Positions 1-13,200 of a stretch of 64,000 bases of DNA are shown piece by piece. The DNA comes from Bugula neritina. Lineage: Eukaryota; Animalia; Bryozoa. A model generated the notes under the pieces. The model did not search any database. It was not told where the DNA came from and saw nothing but the letters and a program-made list of their open reading frames with translations. Position 1 is the first letter of the stretch, and the number at the start of each line of letters is the position of its first letter. Made by a program: the position numbers and the translations under genes. The stretch is taken from positions 15,223,289-15,287,288 of the forward strand of contig OZ037771.1 of the NCBI GenBank assembly GCA_964035545.1, in the 5' to 3' direction.

Positions 1-324
1 AGGCCTATATTTAGCTGTGTTGCAAAATTAGGCATTTTGCATATTTACCACTTCATGATTTGCTATTGACTAGAAGTTCAAATAGAAAACCAAATATTAC
101 TACAGCTTAGTTACCTAAGATGAGCTTTTTAATTAGCCCAGCCATAAAAGGTGAGTTTTCTAGTGAGTCTAGCTACCAGGTGGGTTTTTTATTGAGCCCG
201 GCTACACTTAGCGAGGCTTGCAATGACAATGCAAGGAGACAACCTTTAGCTAATCATAAAGGTCAAGGGCAGGTGAAGTTCATTGTCACTCCATCTCATC
301 ACACTTGAGATCGACTGTGTTGTG

Positions 325-423
325 TCTAACACCATACCTGGGTGGTCTAACACCACACCTGGGTGGTCTAACACCACACCTGGGTGGTCTAACACCACAC
401 CTGAAGTGGTCTAACACCATACC
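325..423. repeat. 21-bp tandem repeat (CTAACACCACACCTGGGTGGT, ~4.5 copies) whose unit contains the exon donor
   Basis: Direct reading; minus-strand unit is ACCACCCAG|GTGTGGTGTTAG. Confidence 0.9.
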
Positions 424-853
424 TGAGGTTGCAGTGCTTTGCATACAGCCCCTTGATATCAGTATCGTCCGACACACCATCTGTGGAGTTGTCTCGTATC
501 CTCGACAACGTGACGTTCTGCTGCAGACCAGAGGCCGTCTGCAGCTCTCTGTGAGTCACGGCCACTTCCTCTTCTGTCACAAACGGTACGTTCAGGTCGG
601 TCAGGTTGTGACTGGCATTGTTATTCAAGAACTGACAGTTTGGAGCAAATGTCTTGTGCCATGCTAGCGGCTGGTGGGTCGGCTGGAGACCTCTGACCTT
701 GAGACCACACACCTTGCAATGGAACAAGTTGTGCTCAGAGTCGTACACAAAGCCGGCTAATGCACAAGGTAGGGACGGTGCTGAGGGCTCCCTTACAGTA
801 CAGGTTCTCAGACGGAAATACTGACTATTGTGGGATTTATTCGAAGTGGCCAT
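423..853 (-). CDS. First coding exon of an IAP (BIR-domain) paralog; gene continues beyond the left edge
   Basis: MATS...FRLRT...LAGFVY...HCKVC...LAWHKTFAPNCQF is a BIR fold with C-x2-C...H-x6-C ligands. Donor CAG|GTATGG at 422/421, upstream acceptor TTTGCAG at ~929, candidate 5'UTR exon donor ATG|GTGAGT at ~1139. Confidence 0.85.
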
Positions 854-3054
854 GACCTCTGGCTCATCTCAGATCAATCCTAACTTCTGTCGCGCGTCCA
901 TATCGAGGAAAATTCATCTTGACTTTTCTCTGCAAAGTGATTTTAAACAGCCAGCTGTTGTAAAACAGCAAGAAATAACAATTGCTGCTCCACTTAGCAA
1001 TAGTTAGTTGAGAAATAAACATCATAGTTGAAGAAGGGTTAGCCATAAATGAATATTTGATTATCTCATTTACATATAACAATAAAAAGAAACTAAAATA
1101 ATAAGAGTAAAAATAATTTTACAATTTTAGACAACTCACCATTTTGCAAGCTCTACTAGTAGTATAATAGCTGCAAGTTGCTTTTGCAGCTACATAGGTA
1201 TATAGTGTACATGCACAGTAATTATAATTATGACTAACTGGATTTTCCCCAACTGTAGCTGTAGATTCTAAAGCTAGATCTACTTTTATTGTGGGATGAA
1301 CGTGACCAAATCAGAGCAGTGCATAATAGTTGCTAGTAGCTACTCCTAAGGGGTAACAACTTCCTCATTGGAACAACTTGTACTGCAGTAGAAAACATTG
1401 CCCCAAGTTCGCTTATGCACAGTACAGCTTTCAATTTCACCAGTTTTCTAAAGCCGCCTAAAGTTCGTCTCATTGATGAAGTCTACTCACACACCACAGA
1501 GCATTGCTCTCTGCCTTATGTTTAGCATAGAAAAGATGCCTTAGCAGAGAGAATAAAAATACTGTGTTTTTGTACCACTTTCTTGGCTCTACAACAACCT
1601 GTAAAGAAGGAAGCAATACATACGACTGTTTACAAATAGAGCACATAAAGGACTTATAGAAAGACTCAATGTTATTAGTCATTTTAGTATTAGTAAACTG
1701 CACTCAGCTTGCTGCAAGCACTAAAAGTAGTATAAAGCTGTAACTGTCCTCATTTGCTCAGCTCTAAAGCACTCTATGCAGTTTTGAGTTACACAAATAT
1801 CGTGTCACAAACTCCATTGACGAGTTATGGTTATCATAATGATTAAACAATTACTTTTACCACTGCAGTATTACAGTGTATAATTATATTATATGTGGGC
1901 ATGCAGCAAGTGACAGCTTGTGCAATTTATTCATCTGTTGCAAATGCTTTCTTAGAAATGAAATTGAATAAGTACTCACCTTTATTTATGAAACCATTTA
2001 CCATTGTATATCCTTTAGTAGTTAGCTGCAAACGTAAAGCTAGCTTACCTACTTTGCTTGAGCTAGGGCAGATGTTTACAGTAAGGAGTTATAACTATAA
2101 CCCATTTAGTTTAGTGTACTGCTTATTGAACAAGAAAATTTATTGGAACTAATTCTCTTGATATACTTCATCTGCATTTATGACCAAACTTTCTCCTATT
2201 GGTTTTTTTCCCAGCAATATTGACAGCTTCAGAACTGACTAGGAATAATTACCATGGTAACAACAGTAGCCGTAGTAACCTGGCTTTGTTGACATCTACA
2301 ATGCTTTTATTGAGGTAGAGCGTGTTCCTCATAGTTAACCTCTTTAGTCATTCTATTATAGTTTTCTCCACTGCTAGAGTAGTTAAGTAGTAGAATTTAT
2401 ATGCATGGTATACTAAAGACAACTTTAAGAGTTCCACTTCCAGCAATATCAATAATATAAACAAACTTATAAAATATTACAATAATACTTTGTAAATATT
2501 ATACAGTGATTTTAGTACGTTTCATGTATTATTGTATGAATAATGCTGGGTAGTTTAGGGCATTCAATACCAATGTGCATATAGATTGACAAAATGATCT
2601 CAATAATGCAAAGGAATACTATATAGGATAGCAGGTTTTTGGGACCAATTTTAGAGTCTGAATTTACTTTGGAATATGAACTTGCTTTAAGGCCTGGAAC
2701 CACTTTAGGGGTGGACGTACTTCAGTGCCTGGACTTTTATTGTCGACTTACTTTAAGACCTGGACTTACTTTAAGACTTGGACTTACTTTAGGGCAACTG
2801 GTGTAAAGAGGAACAGCTTGGTAAACAGAGTGATTGTCAATTTATTAGATATTTGAACAAGCAGCTAGCTATCACAAACCAGTACAAGCCATGTTCTAGA
2901 AAGGCAGCAGAAGAAGCAGCACAACATACAAGTCTTGAACAATGGTACAGTTACTACTACAAGACACATGTGTATATACAAAATGTACAGTATATATAAT
3001 AATATACAATACATACATATTTTATATTATTATATCTACAAGTATACATTTTAC

Positions 3055-3220
3055 ATACACACATACAGTATACAGTATAACATAAACACGTACAGCCTAC
3101 AATGTAACATACATAAACACATACAGTATACAATGTAACATACATAAACACATACAGTATACAATGTAACATACATAAACACATACAGTATACAATGAAA
3201 CGCACATAAGCGCACAGTAT
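3055..3220. repeat. ~31-bp minisatellite (CATACAGTATACAATGTAACATACATAAACA)
   Basis: About 5 copies visible, some degenerate. Confidence 0.8.
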
Positions 3221-3644
3221 AAAATTAACTGGTGCTTACACAAATGATAAATAGAAGGCAGATCTTCAATTGGCAGTGATTAAATAACACATGGACTGTC
3301 GTAGAATAGTTTATAGTCCTAATTATGCATGAGATGTTACGAACTAGGGCTAGATGCAAGTAAACTGATGAGATGAACAATTTCTTACAAAAAAACTCTG
3401 AAACTATTTTTACATAACAATGCTTTACATATTATAGTATTGTTCTATGATACTGTTATATGGTACTGTTATACGGTACTGTTATATGATACTGTTATAT
3501 GATACTGTTATATGGTATTTTCATGTGGTACTGACCTATTGTATTCCCATATTATCATAGCTGAGCTGCATGACTAGGGTGTAACTGAAAAGGGGACAGT
3601 TGCAGCTAGCAACTATTGGAAGGTGGGAGTTAGGTAACAATTCA

Positions 3645-3799
3645 CTAAGGCTACAGACTTGTGAGTCCCTAAGGCTACAGACTTGTGAGTCCCTAAGGCT
3701 ACAGACTTGTGAGTCCCTAAGGCTACAGACTTGTGAGTCCCTAAGGCTACAGACTTGTGAGTCCCTAAGGCTACAGACTTGTGAGTCCCTAAGGCTACA
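3645..3799. repeat. 24-bp minisatellite (CTAAGGCTACAGACTTGTGAGTCC, ~6.5 copies), probably in the IAP 3'UTR
   Basis: Perfect head-to-tail copies with no spacers. Confidence 0.95.
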
Positions 3800-4271
3800 A
3801 ATTAGTGTGTAAAGAAACTTGGAATCAGATATTTAAACAAGTTCAATCTCAATCTTTCATATTACCAATAAATTTGAAAATCAATATGTGGTTAGAAATG
3901 GGAAAAATTACAGGGGTGTATAGTGCAGGAGAGTATAATGCAGGGGGTATGGGGTACAGGGAGCCGTGAGTATAGTAGTGAACAGGTAATAAGCAGGTAG
4001 TAAGCAGGTAATGGAAATACAGCATGTAATGCTAGCATCAGAAAGAAATGGCTAGGAATATTGTACTATATAGCAACAAGACTGAGCTAGACACTAAGTC
4101 CTAGGTCTAGAGTACGGGTGGGGGGGGCACATCTGCTGGCTAATCCGGAGTTCCAGGTTCAATTATCTGCAGTGTATAACATCAGACAGGGCAGAGTGGA
4201 GTGCTGCCTGCGCGACATCAAGCAGGTCGAAGGTCGCCGCCAAGTGTGACTGTCACATCACAGGTGTGAGA

Positions 4272-7200
4272 CTACAGCTTGTCCAGGTAAGCTCTCACGG
4301 TCCCCTTGACGTCCTGACGACAGAGAGGGCACTGTACCATGGCCGGGGCACAGGACGGACAGCAAACTGGAAGAGAATAAACCAGATTACTAGCATATCA
4401 TATAAGTATGTACAGTATTACCAGAGTACATGTAGTATAGAGACAGTATTACCAGGGTACACGTAGTATAGAGACAGTATTACCAGGGTAAATGTAGTAT
4501 AGAGACAGTATTACCAGGGTACACGTAGTATAGAGACAGTATTACCAGGGTAAATGTAGTATAGAGACAGTATTACCAGGGTACGTGTAGTATAGAGACA
4601 GTATTACCAGGGTACATGTAGTATAGAGACAGTATTACCAGGGTACGTGTAGTATAGAGACAGTATTACCAGGGTACATGTAGTATAGAGACAGTATTAC
4701 CAGGGTACACGTAGTATAGAGACAGTATTACCAGGGTACACGTAGTATAGAGACAGTATTACCAGGGTACACGTAGTATAGAGACAGTATTACCAGGGTA
4801 CATGTAGTATAGAGAGAGCGTTACATCTTACCCATATGCCCACAGGGCAGGAAAGCTATCCCCACCACAGCATCCATACATATTTTACACATCAGTTGCA
4901 ACTTCATAGCCTTTGCCATTTCTAAAATGATGTCAGATTTGTTAAGACAAACAGAAAGAGCCAAGTGGACTAGCAATCACTTGAGATGAAAAAGGGCAGG
5001 AGACTCACCCACAGGGTCGCCAGGAAGAGGGGGTGTGGCCACTCGCTGGCCACTAGTAGATGGTCCGGACCTAAGTTCCGGACCATCCCGAGCAGCCGGC
5101 CCTCCTGTGGCGCCCATCTGGAGATCCTGCGTCTCGGAGCGAGGCGTGCCCAGAGTGACGTCGGTAGAGGGGAGAGAACCCTCTCTGGTTTCTGCTGCTG
5201 CTGGTGCCGCTTCTGGTGGAGGTCTCGGTTCACTGACGACAGTAGGGGGAGGGGGTTCACTCTCAATAGCCTGTCGCACTCGCGTCAAATCCTCGTCGTC
5301 ACTCCTCTTCTTAAGAATGGCCCGGACGAGGTCGGCTGTGTTCATGAAGTCATTTCCTCCGTACTACAACCACCCAACATATTGCTACTACTAGTAGTAC
5401 ATAACTACTAGTAGTACTCAACTAGTAGTAGTACTAGTACCACTACTAGTGGAGAATATAACAAGCACTACTACTCAGTATGAGTATAGTACTAGTACTA
5501 CTACTCAGCATGAGTGTAGTACTAGTACTACCACTGAGTATACATGAGTATAGTACTAGTACTACACTCAATCAGTAACAACACACTAAACGAGACAGAT
5601 CGTGGAGACATTGACGAGCCGAAAAAAGTTAGTAAACACGGTTCGGGTGAAAACATCACCGAATGTTAACTCTAACGGTTTTTGTAACAGCGCGTTTTAT
5701 CGAAGGCCTTCGATTGTATTAGACCGAGTTTATTTAACCCCATTAGCTAATAGCCCAATTAAACAGCAATAGACCAGAAGCAGAATAGCTTAAGATCATG
5801 TTGCGTGACGTGAAGAGGGTAGGTCTGGAGGGTGCAACTTAGTCTCACTAACTTCTTACTGAAAGAAGATAACAGCACATGGTTACCATAACGCATTGGT
5901 TGGTTAGTAACAGAGTGAACAGAGTAAAGTGATACAGGTTACAGGAGAGCACAACTACTGCCCACACATTGTACTACAGCTGGAGGTCACATATTAAGAA
6001 TACACAGCTGGATGTCACGCAAGCTGAGTAGACTGAGAGTGTCACAACATTTAGTCATCTAACATTTAACTGAAACTCATGCTAATATATTTTTGACAAC
6101 ACAGTAAACTTCTATAGCCTAGGTACCAGCACTAGACCATGAGAAGAAAGGGACGACCCCCTCCACACCCTAACCTTGATGTTTAGAATGAGAGCTGCTC
6201 TAACATCTTCTCTCCTGTAGGCAGGGTCTGTCATATCCAGTACTGCCTGCGCAGCTGGACTGTCCATTCTGGGTCTCAGCATTCTGGTCGTGACAATCTG
6301 GAGGAGAGAATGAGTAACTTACATGTACATACAGTACTTACTGCGAGGTAACTTACATGTACATACAGTACTTACTGTGAGGTAACTTACCCATACATAC
6401 AGTACTTACTGTGAGGTAACTTACATATACATACAGTACTTACTGTGAGATAACTTACATGTACATACAGTACTTACTGTGAGATAGATATGAAGTAACA
6501 GCTTACGTTGATGACAGGTTCTTTGGCTGGCACCACGTATCTGCCGTGCTCCTCTATGACATCATTTATGAAGTCGTGACCTTTCTCTCGAATCAGCAGC
6601 TGACAGTTCGGGGATTGTCTGGCGTGTCTCACCCAAATATTCTCTACCGTCGTCCAGTTTGACATTTCTACGCCACACGAGAAGCAGCACACCGTATCCC
6701 CTTCACCTGCAGTATACACCTGAGTATACACCTGAGTGTACACCTGAGTATACACCTGCAGTGTGAGAATACACATTGAAATGAAAAGGCCAAGTCATGC
6801 ATAGCGGGAGGGGGGCCTCACACCCGCCACCTACCTAAATAGAATAGCTTAGCCTCTATCATCTCAGCGGCCATCTTCCTGTTGGTGCGGGGCCAGGTAA
6901 GGAAGGTGGCCTCTCTCCTAGAGTCGACAGCGAGCTGGGGGTGTTTGGTGGTGTCGGTGATGATGCCGAGGTCCTGGGAGATCTGCCTGTCAGCGCTAGG
7001 GAGGATACTCTCAGCGTCATCAAACAGCTCGCTCATGAAGTCGGGGATATTGAGCACGGTACGCGACCCTGGGAATAAGTATTCGCTAGCATCTAGTATA
7101 GTCAGTATTCTGAATATGAGGAGTTGCTTTCTCACAGGAATGCTGAATGTACTGAAGAAACATTCTAAATATTTTGTGTTGTTAGCACAGAATAATGTAA

Positions 7201-10200
7201 GATGCAATTTAGTGTGAATATTCAGTCATAAACTCCTGTAACCTACAAGTTTTGGTTGTTTGTGGTTATAGTGGATAATAATTCAACATTAAGTGACTGG
7301 AACTCGTAGTACAATTGAATTTTCAGATTATAACAGAGAGGACAACTACCAATTTTGCTGAACATATTATGTGTAATATTTTCCATACTTGTATAATATA
7401 TATATCGTAAAATGGGTTGTTGCTATTCAGAGTTATGCGCTGTTGATTTTGAATTTGAAACAAAAATATAGCAACTGGGAACACATAAAAAGCATTTAGT
7501 ATTAGTTACTAGTATTAGTTGCTAGTAGTAGTTGTTAGTAGTAGTTACTAGTAGTAGTTACCAGTACTAGCAACAGTAGTAGTAACTAGTTACTAGTACC
7601 TTGTATGAACTGGCAGCCTGGGGACTTGCTCTGATGCACCACATCGGGCACCATGTCCGACGTCCATCCTTGCACACGGAGCTTGCAATACACACACTCT
7701 ACCACATCTCTGTTACCTGAATAAAGAAACACAACGTAGAGGTCAAATACTGCACGTAGCAACATCACATCGGAGTTGTGTTCCCACACATCTTGTATAA
7801 GGAGTACATTACTAACTGGTGTATCGTATGTTGCACATGCACCCTGTGAAGCACATCTCAGTCCAAAGTTACAATTAGTAGTGAACCAGTTATACTGATA
7901 TATATTGCATTATTAGTTATATGGATATAATATAGTAGGTATTATTAGTTATACAGTATACCGTACTGTATTATTAGTCATATTGATATCGCGTCGCCGT
8001 CAAATACTAACAGTATTGCAAAGGGGACCATCATGTAAAATTCTAGTTGCCAAGAAACTATGACAAAGCAAACATTTTATCTTAATCCTGCCTATAAATA
8101 ATGTATGATAATTTCACCAAAATCATGCTGCCAGCGAGTCATACTTTTTAGTGCAGATGTGAAATCAATACGCGATGTGAAATCAGATCACGTGGAAAGT
8201 TTAAAAAAGGTCACTCATTCTTGGCTAGTGCTCAGTGGTGAACGTACTTCTTCATGTTTGTTTGCCAACCAGAGACTTAATTAACTTTAACAACTGCTAA
8301 TTTTAGACTGGGCTGCAAGGCTGTAGACTAAGCTTTAAATATAGCCAGTGGTCTATTAGAATGGGCGGAGACAACACAGGAACTTGCACCATAAGAGGAA
8401 ATAGAGTTATCTGCCCATGAAAAAACATTCTGAGTTTCATAAGTAAAAAATCTTTTGAACCAGAAAGAGTTTCTAGAAGAAAATGGAGCACAATGCTAGG
8501 AGTAAGTTTTGTTTATTCTTATTGGACAATATGTACTTACTAAACTTCACTTACACCGGAGTAAAATTATTGTTGATTGAAAAGTAAGAATTGTGATGAT
8601 TATCTGGCATTGTTTGTTATGAAACATCAGAAAATAGAGATTATAGGACAATAGGTTGGGTGTGACATAGAGAAGCCCTGTTCTGAAGTGATTTATAAAA
8701 GAGATAAAAGCTCTTGAATTATGTTGATATGTTGCCACATTGTGACCACAAAATCACCCACTCAGTTATGCTCAGGTATGACTCAAACTCAAGCGAAATT
8801 TCAAGTAAGTTTCAAGAGAATCACGACTGGTCATAGTGAGCAGAACTGAACATAGGGTCAAACATTGGCAGCTTCAAATATAAACAGCTTTTTGAGTTCT
8901 CTCCCCCAGTATCTGTCATATCATTGATAATGTTTTGTTTATAAAATGAGACTTTCTAAAACTAACTAAATGGCATGACTAAAATGGTACACATTCTAAA
9001 TATTCTATTTGAATTACTAGAAACTTCATTTAGGAGCAGCAGGAGAAATTGAGATAGCCCAAGTTCTTGAAACTTATTTATAAATTTTGGCTTGGGGAGC
9101 GGGTTGAAATGCTTGTTGAAAAGCTTCTTTTGTTACATTTGTAATCTAGAACACAGGCTTTTCTCAATTTCTCCGTTACTGCACCTACCTGAGAAACTTG
9201 AAAACCTGAGAAAGTTACCACTTGTGTTATTATGATACAATAAACCAATAACAATAACTAATATTACTATTAATTCATATAATATACTTTTGTGTACTAG
9301 TATATATACTTTTGTGTACTAGTATATATACTTTTGCCCAATACCTCCGTAACTATACGAAGTTTTTAAACTAAAGTGACATGACTTGTATAGATATGAA
9401 TTACTGTGTTTAGGTAGCCTATCCTATTCAATGAGCTCTTCCAGTTGTTTGCTATTAACCTATAGAGCTGGTTTGGGTGTGGCTGAAGATGCCATCAATA
9501 TTCAGGAGTAAGGAGAGAGCCAAGGGGAGATGGAGAGACAGGAGGAGTCTAACAACTGTTACCAGATAAGTGTTGCCAGCCACTTTCTTGCACTACCCTA
9601 CCCTACCCAACCCTACTCTACCCAACCCTACTCTACCCTACCCTACGCTATGCAGTAATCTATTATTATTATATTATCATTATAATACTTGATTTGACAG
9701 AGTTTATAACAATTACAGACCAACACAGCGTCAGAAAGTCCCAACACTAGCAAGTTTCCAGCTACTATCCCAACTAGCAGTCTTTCCTGATTCTCAACAA
9801 TTTCACTGGTTATACTGTTCTTTTATGACTTACATCCTCTCACATTAACTTACATCTACTAACATATAATCACATTAACTTACATCTACTAACATATAAT
9901 CACATTGACTACATTTACTAACATATAATCACATTGACTACATTTACCTACAGCTACTTACATCTACTTATACCATCACCTTTATTTATCAATCAGTATA
10001 ATGTATTATTCAACCATTAACTGCGAAGATCATTCAAGACAAGGCAACAGCAATAAAAGTAAAGTTCGCAATAATTTTTCAACTGAGTTGCCCTTAAAAA
10101 GTCCTGAGTACCTACCAGTTGTCATGACAACCATTAGAAGAATTATGAAAATAATAAAATGCTTGAAAATAGAACAAATTTTGTCTGACAATCTCTACTA

Positions 10201-13200
10201 ATTATACTAAACACAGCTATTGCTATCAATTATGCTGAGTCATAATCTAATCAGTTTGTTATTTGAGGATTAAGTAAGGTGGCTGACTTTGAATTCAGTC
10301 CATTAATCATGTAGGAAGGAGTTCATCTACAAGTAGTATGCACCACTTTCCATAATTAGTATTTGTGGTCACTAGTGCCCATTACTAACCCCACCTCATC
10401 CAAAGGAGCATCAATCATAGCTCACTGATTTAAATCCATTGCATAGCTAGCTTCTCTAACCCTGAATATTACATCATATTTATTCTACCACGAGATTACC
10501 TGAGATGATGTAATTCATCTTTACATTCAGAAAAGTTTCTTCAGCCTCTGTTGAAATAGCCACACCTTGGTATTTATTTTTCAAAGATTTTTTCATTATT
10601 GAAGTCATCACAACGCTGCCTTGTGGGTTTTGTTTTTTTCGTATTTGAAATATCAATGATAGCAAAATATTAGAGTGTTTTTTTTCAACTTTTTAATGAA
10701 CCTGCATTCAGGCTTTTTGGCGAAAAGACCATACATTGGGAAGTTTTCACAAGGATTCATCCATATTTTGGTATTTCCACTGGCCAAAATCTTGAGATAA
10801 TTTGGCCAACTAGTGCTGTTGACTTGAGCATAAGTTCTGTATAATAAACTTCAAGCTGCCCACTTCAGTTCTATTTTTATCATAAAAATGTTGAAATAAC
10901 CACTGAGCCAAAACTATAAAAATTATTGACTCACCACCACCAAGGAAAAATATTAGCGTGGAAGGATCCAGAAAGAACACTATACAAAACTATAAGTACA
11001 AAAATAATGATGAAGTCCTTTGTAAGATAAATTTATATGAGTAATACTTTCAGGAAACTAAATACAAAACTTCCTTCATCTTTAAAAGAAATTATTGTTT
11101 TCCAGTATATAGAATCAAAAATAATTTTGTTGCAATCAAGTCATTTGAATGTTCGCCAGTTGGGTGATATATTTATACTCCCTTTTATTAAGACAAAAAA
11201 TGCAAACTTAGCGATAAACAATCTATAATAACAACTGGGGGGATAAGTAAATATTCTATCACTATTTCTAGTGTCTTTTTTCAAAACACATGTGAAAAAT
11301 ATGGTGATAAGTCAATCTCTCCTAACCCCCCTCTCACTACCCCCTCCCCCCTCTCACTACCCCCTCCCCCCTTTTACTACCCCCACCCCCTCTCACTACC
11401 CCTACCCCCTCTCACTACCCTCTCCCCCCTGTTCATGTGAAGAGTTTTCTTGCCTGGCAGGCTCTAACAAAAAACTTAAAATTTCCACATTTTCAGAAAA
11501 AGAAAATTAAAAATACAACAGAGCAAACAACAGCTAGCATGGAATTTAAAGTATATATTACTAATTATATTACCAAGTATATTGCCTAGTAGACTGCCTA
11601 GTTTATTACCAGGAAATATATTGCCTAGTATATTACCTAGTATATTACAAAGTATATTACAAAGCTCCACTAGGTAACATTCATTAAAATAATCCATCTA
11701 TTTATATCTCAGTAATTAAACCTGGCAAGAAGTTGTAATTGAATACTAATATCAGTTGACCTCTTTTACTTATGTCACCAAAAGCTGTAAAATTACAATA
11801 AAATCCAATAAATTATTCAACATGAAATCCTTTGTAAGCTAACATAGCAAACTGGGAGACAAATATTCTCAAGTACATGATAATTAGTAGCTTATTATTG
11901 GCAACAGTGAGATTGTCTCCTCAACCTTTCAGCTATTCTATTTATTTCTATTCTATTTTCCCCTATTCCCTATTAGACAAGCATACAGTATTACTGCTCC
12001 ATAGATCGTGTTTTCCGCTACCCAATACCTGTGAAAATACTCCAGTGAGTGGTGGAAAAACCAAATGATCTTGTTTTCTTGGTGATGGACATTTCAATGC
12101 TACCATATGCTTCATATTTTGAAGTCAATGTATTTGTTGAGTGTTAAATGGGTAGTCTCATCAGATACTAGTGTTTGTTTTGAAAAGGTGGGTCTATACA
12201 TGAGCAGCTAGCTTACACAACACTAATTCAGAGGTCATTGCAACAATTTGAGGTCACTAGTTCTTTCTGTAATCAAAGGTCTTCTGCTTTTTTTTCTTTT
12301 GCTGTTTGAATTCGTGTGATTTTTTCCAAAGTGACATTCAGAAATAGGTCGGCTATTTTAGGCTGTCATTGCAGCTGAAATGTTTGATTTTTCCTTCAGT
12401 TTGAGATTAGCAGTGAGATTACTAGTTTGAGAAATTCTATAGCCACTGTAGCCAAAGCCGACACACTGCTTCTAGTAGTGGTAGCCGCAGAATTGTACAT
12501 TGGCAATTTTTCAAAACTAAATTTATATCAACCACGCCCTCAGAAATACTTTTCAAGTGACATTTTTATCAACAACTTTTAGTTAAAGGTTTGATGATTA
12601 TATATTAGCTATTGCTACCAGTATATTGCATAGCGTATCCAAGACACAGCAAGCCTTAGCTCTTTAGTTTAGATGATATCACTTGCTATGTTGGCGGACG
12701 ACTAAGATAATTTTTCCTAAATCAAAGTGAACTGACATGGGTATTATCTCCTAAGGTTCATAATTTCAGCTGATAGTAGTTTTTTAATATTTTTACAAGT
12801 TATTATTGAAAACCTTAACAGTGAATCCATCTGATAACTTGACAATACTCTTTCATACTTGAGAAGTATTGTATTTAGCAAAAGCTCATTAATGATTCAA
12901 TATTATTAATTATTACACTTGTTAGTCAAATTAATAGTGAAATAAACTTCCATAATTTGCTTTTTTTTAATAATTTTATGGCGTTCAACAGGTTACACAA
13001 TATTAATTATTACACTATATTAATTATTACACTAAATTAATTATTACACTATATTAATTATTACACTAAATTTTTTGCCAAATTATAAATGAAAAACAAA
13101 ACTGTTTTATTTTACTAGCAGTGAAATTCCTAAAACTTTTAATACCTTTTATGGTGTTGATAAGATGTACAATTATAAGTCACTAATTGCAGACAGCAGA

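Noticed and set aside
3645-4815. CRISPR-like 24-35-bp repeats (also 61331-61635, 62715-62892)
   Set aside because: Head-to-tail with no unique spacers, no cas genes, eukaryotic context.
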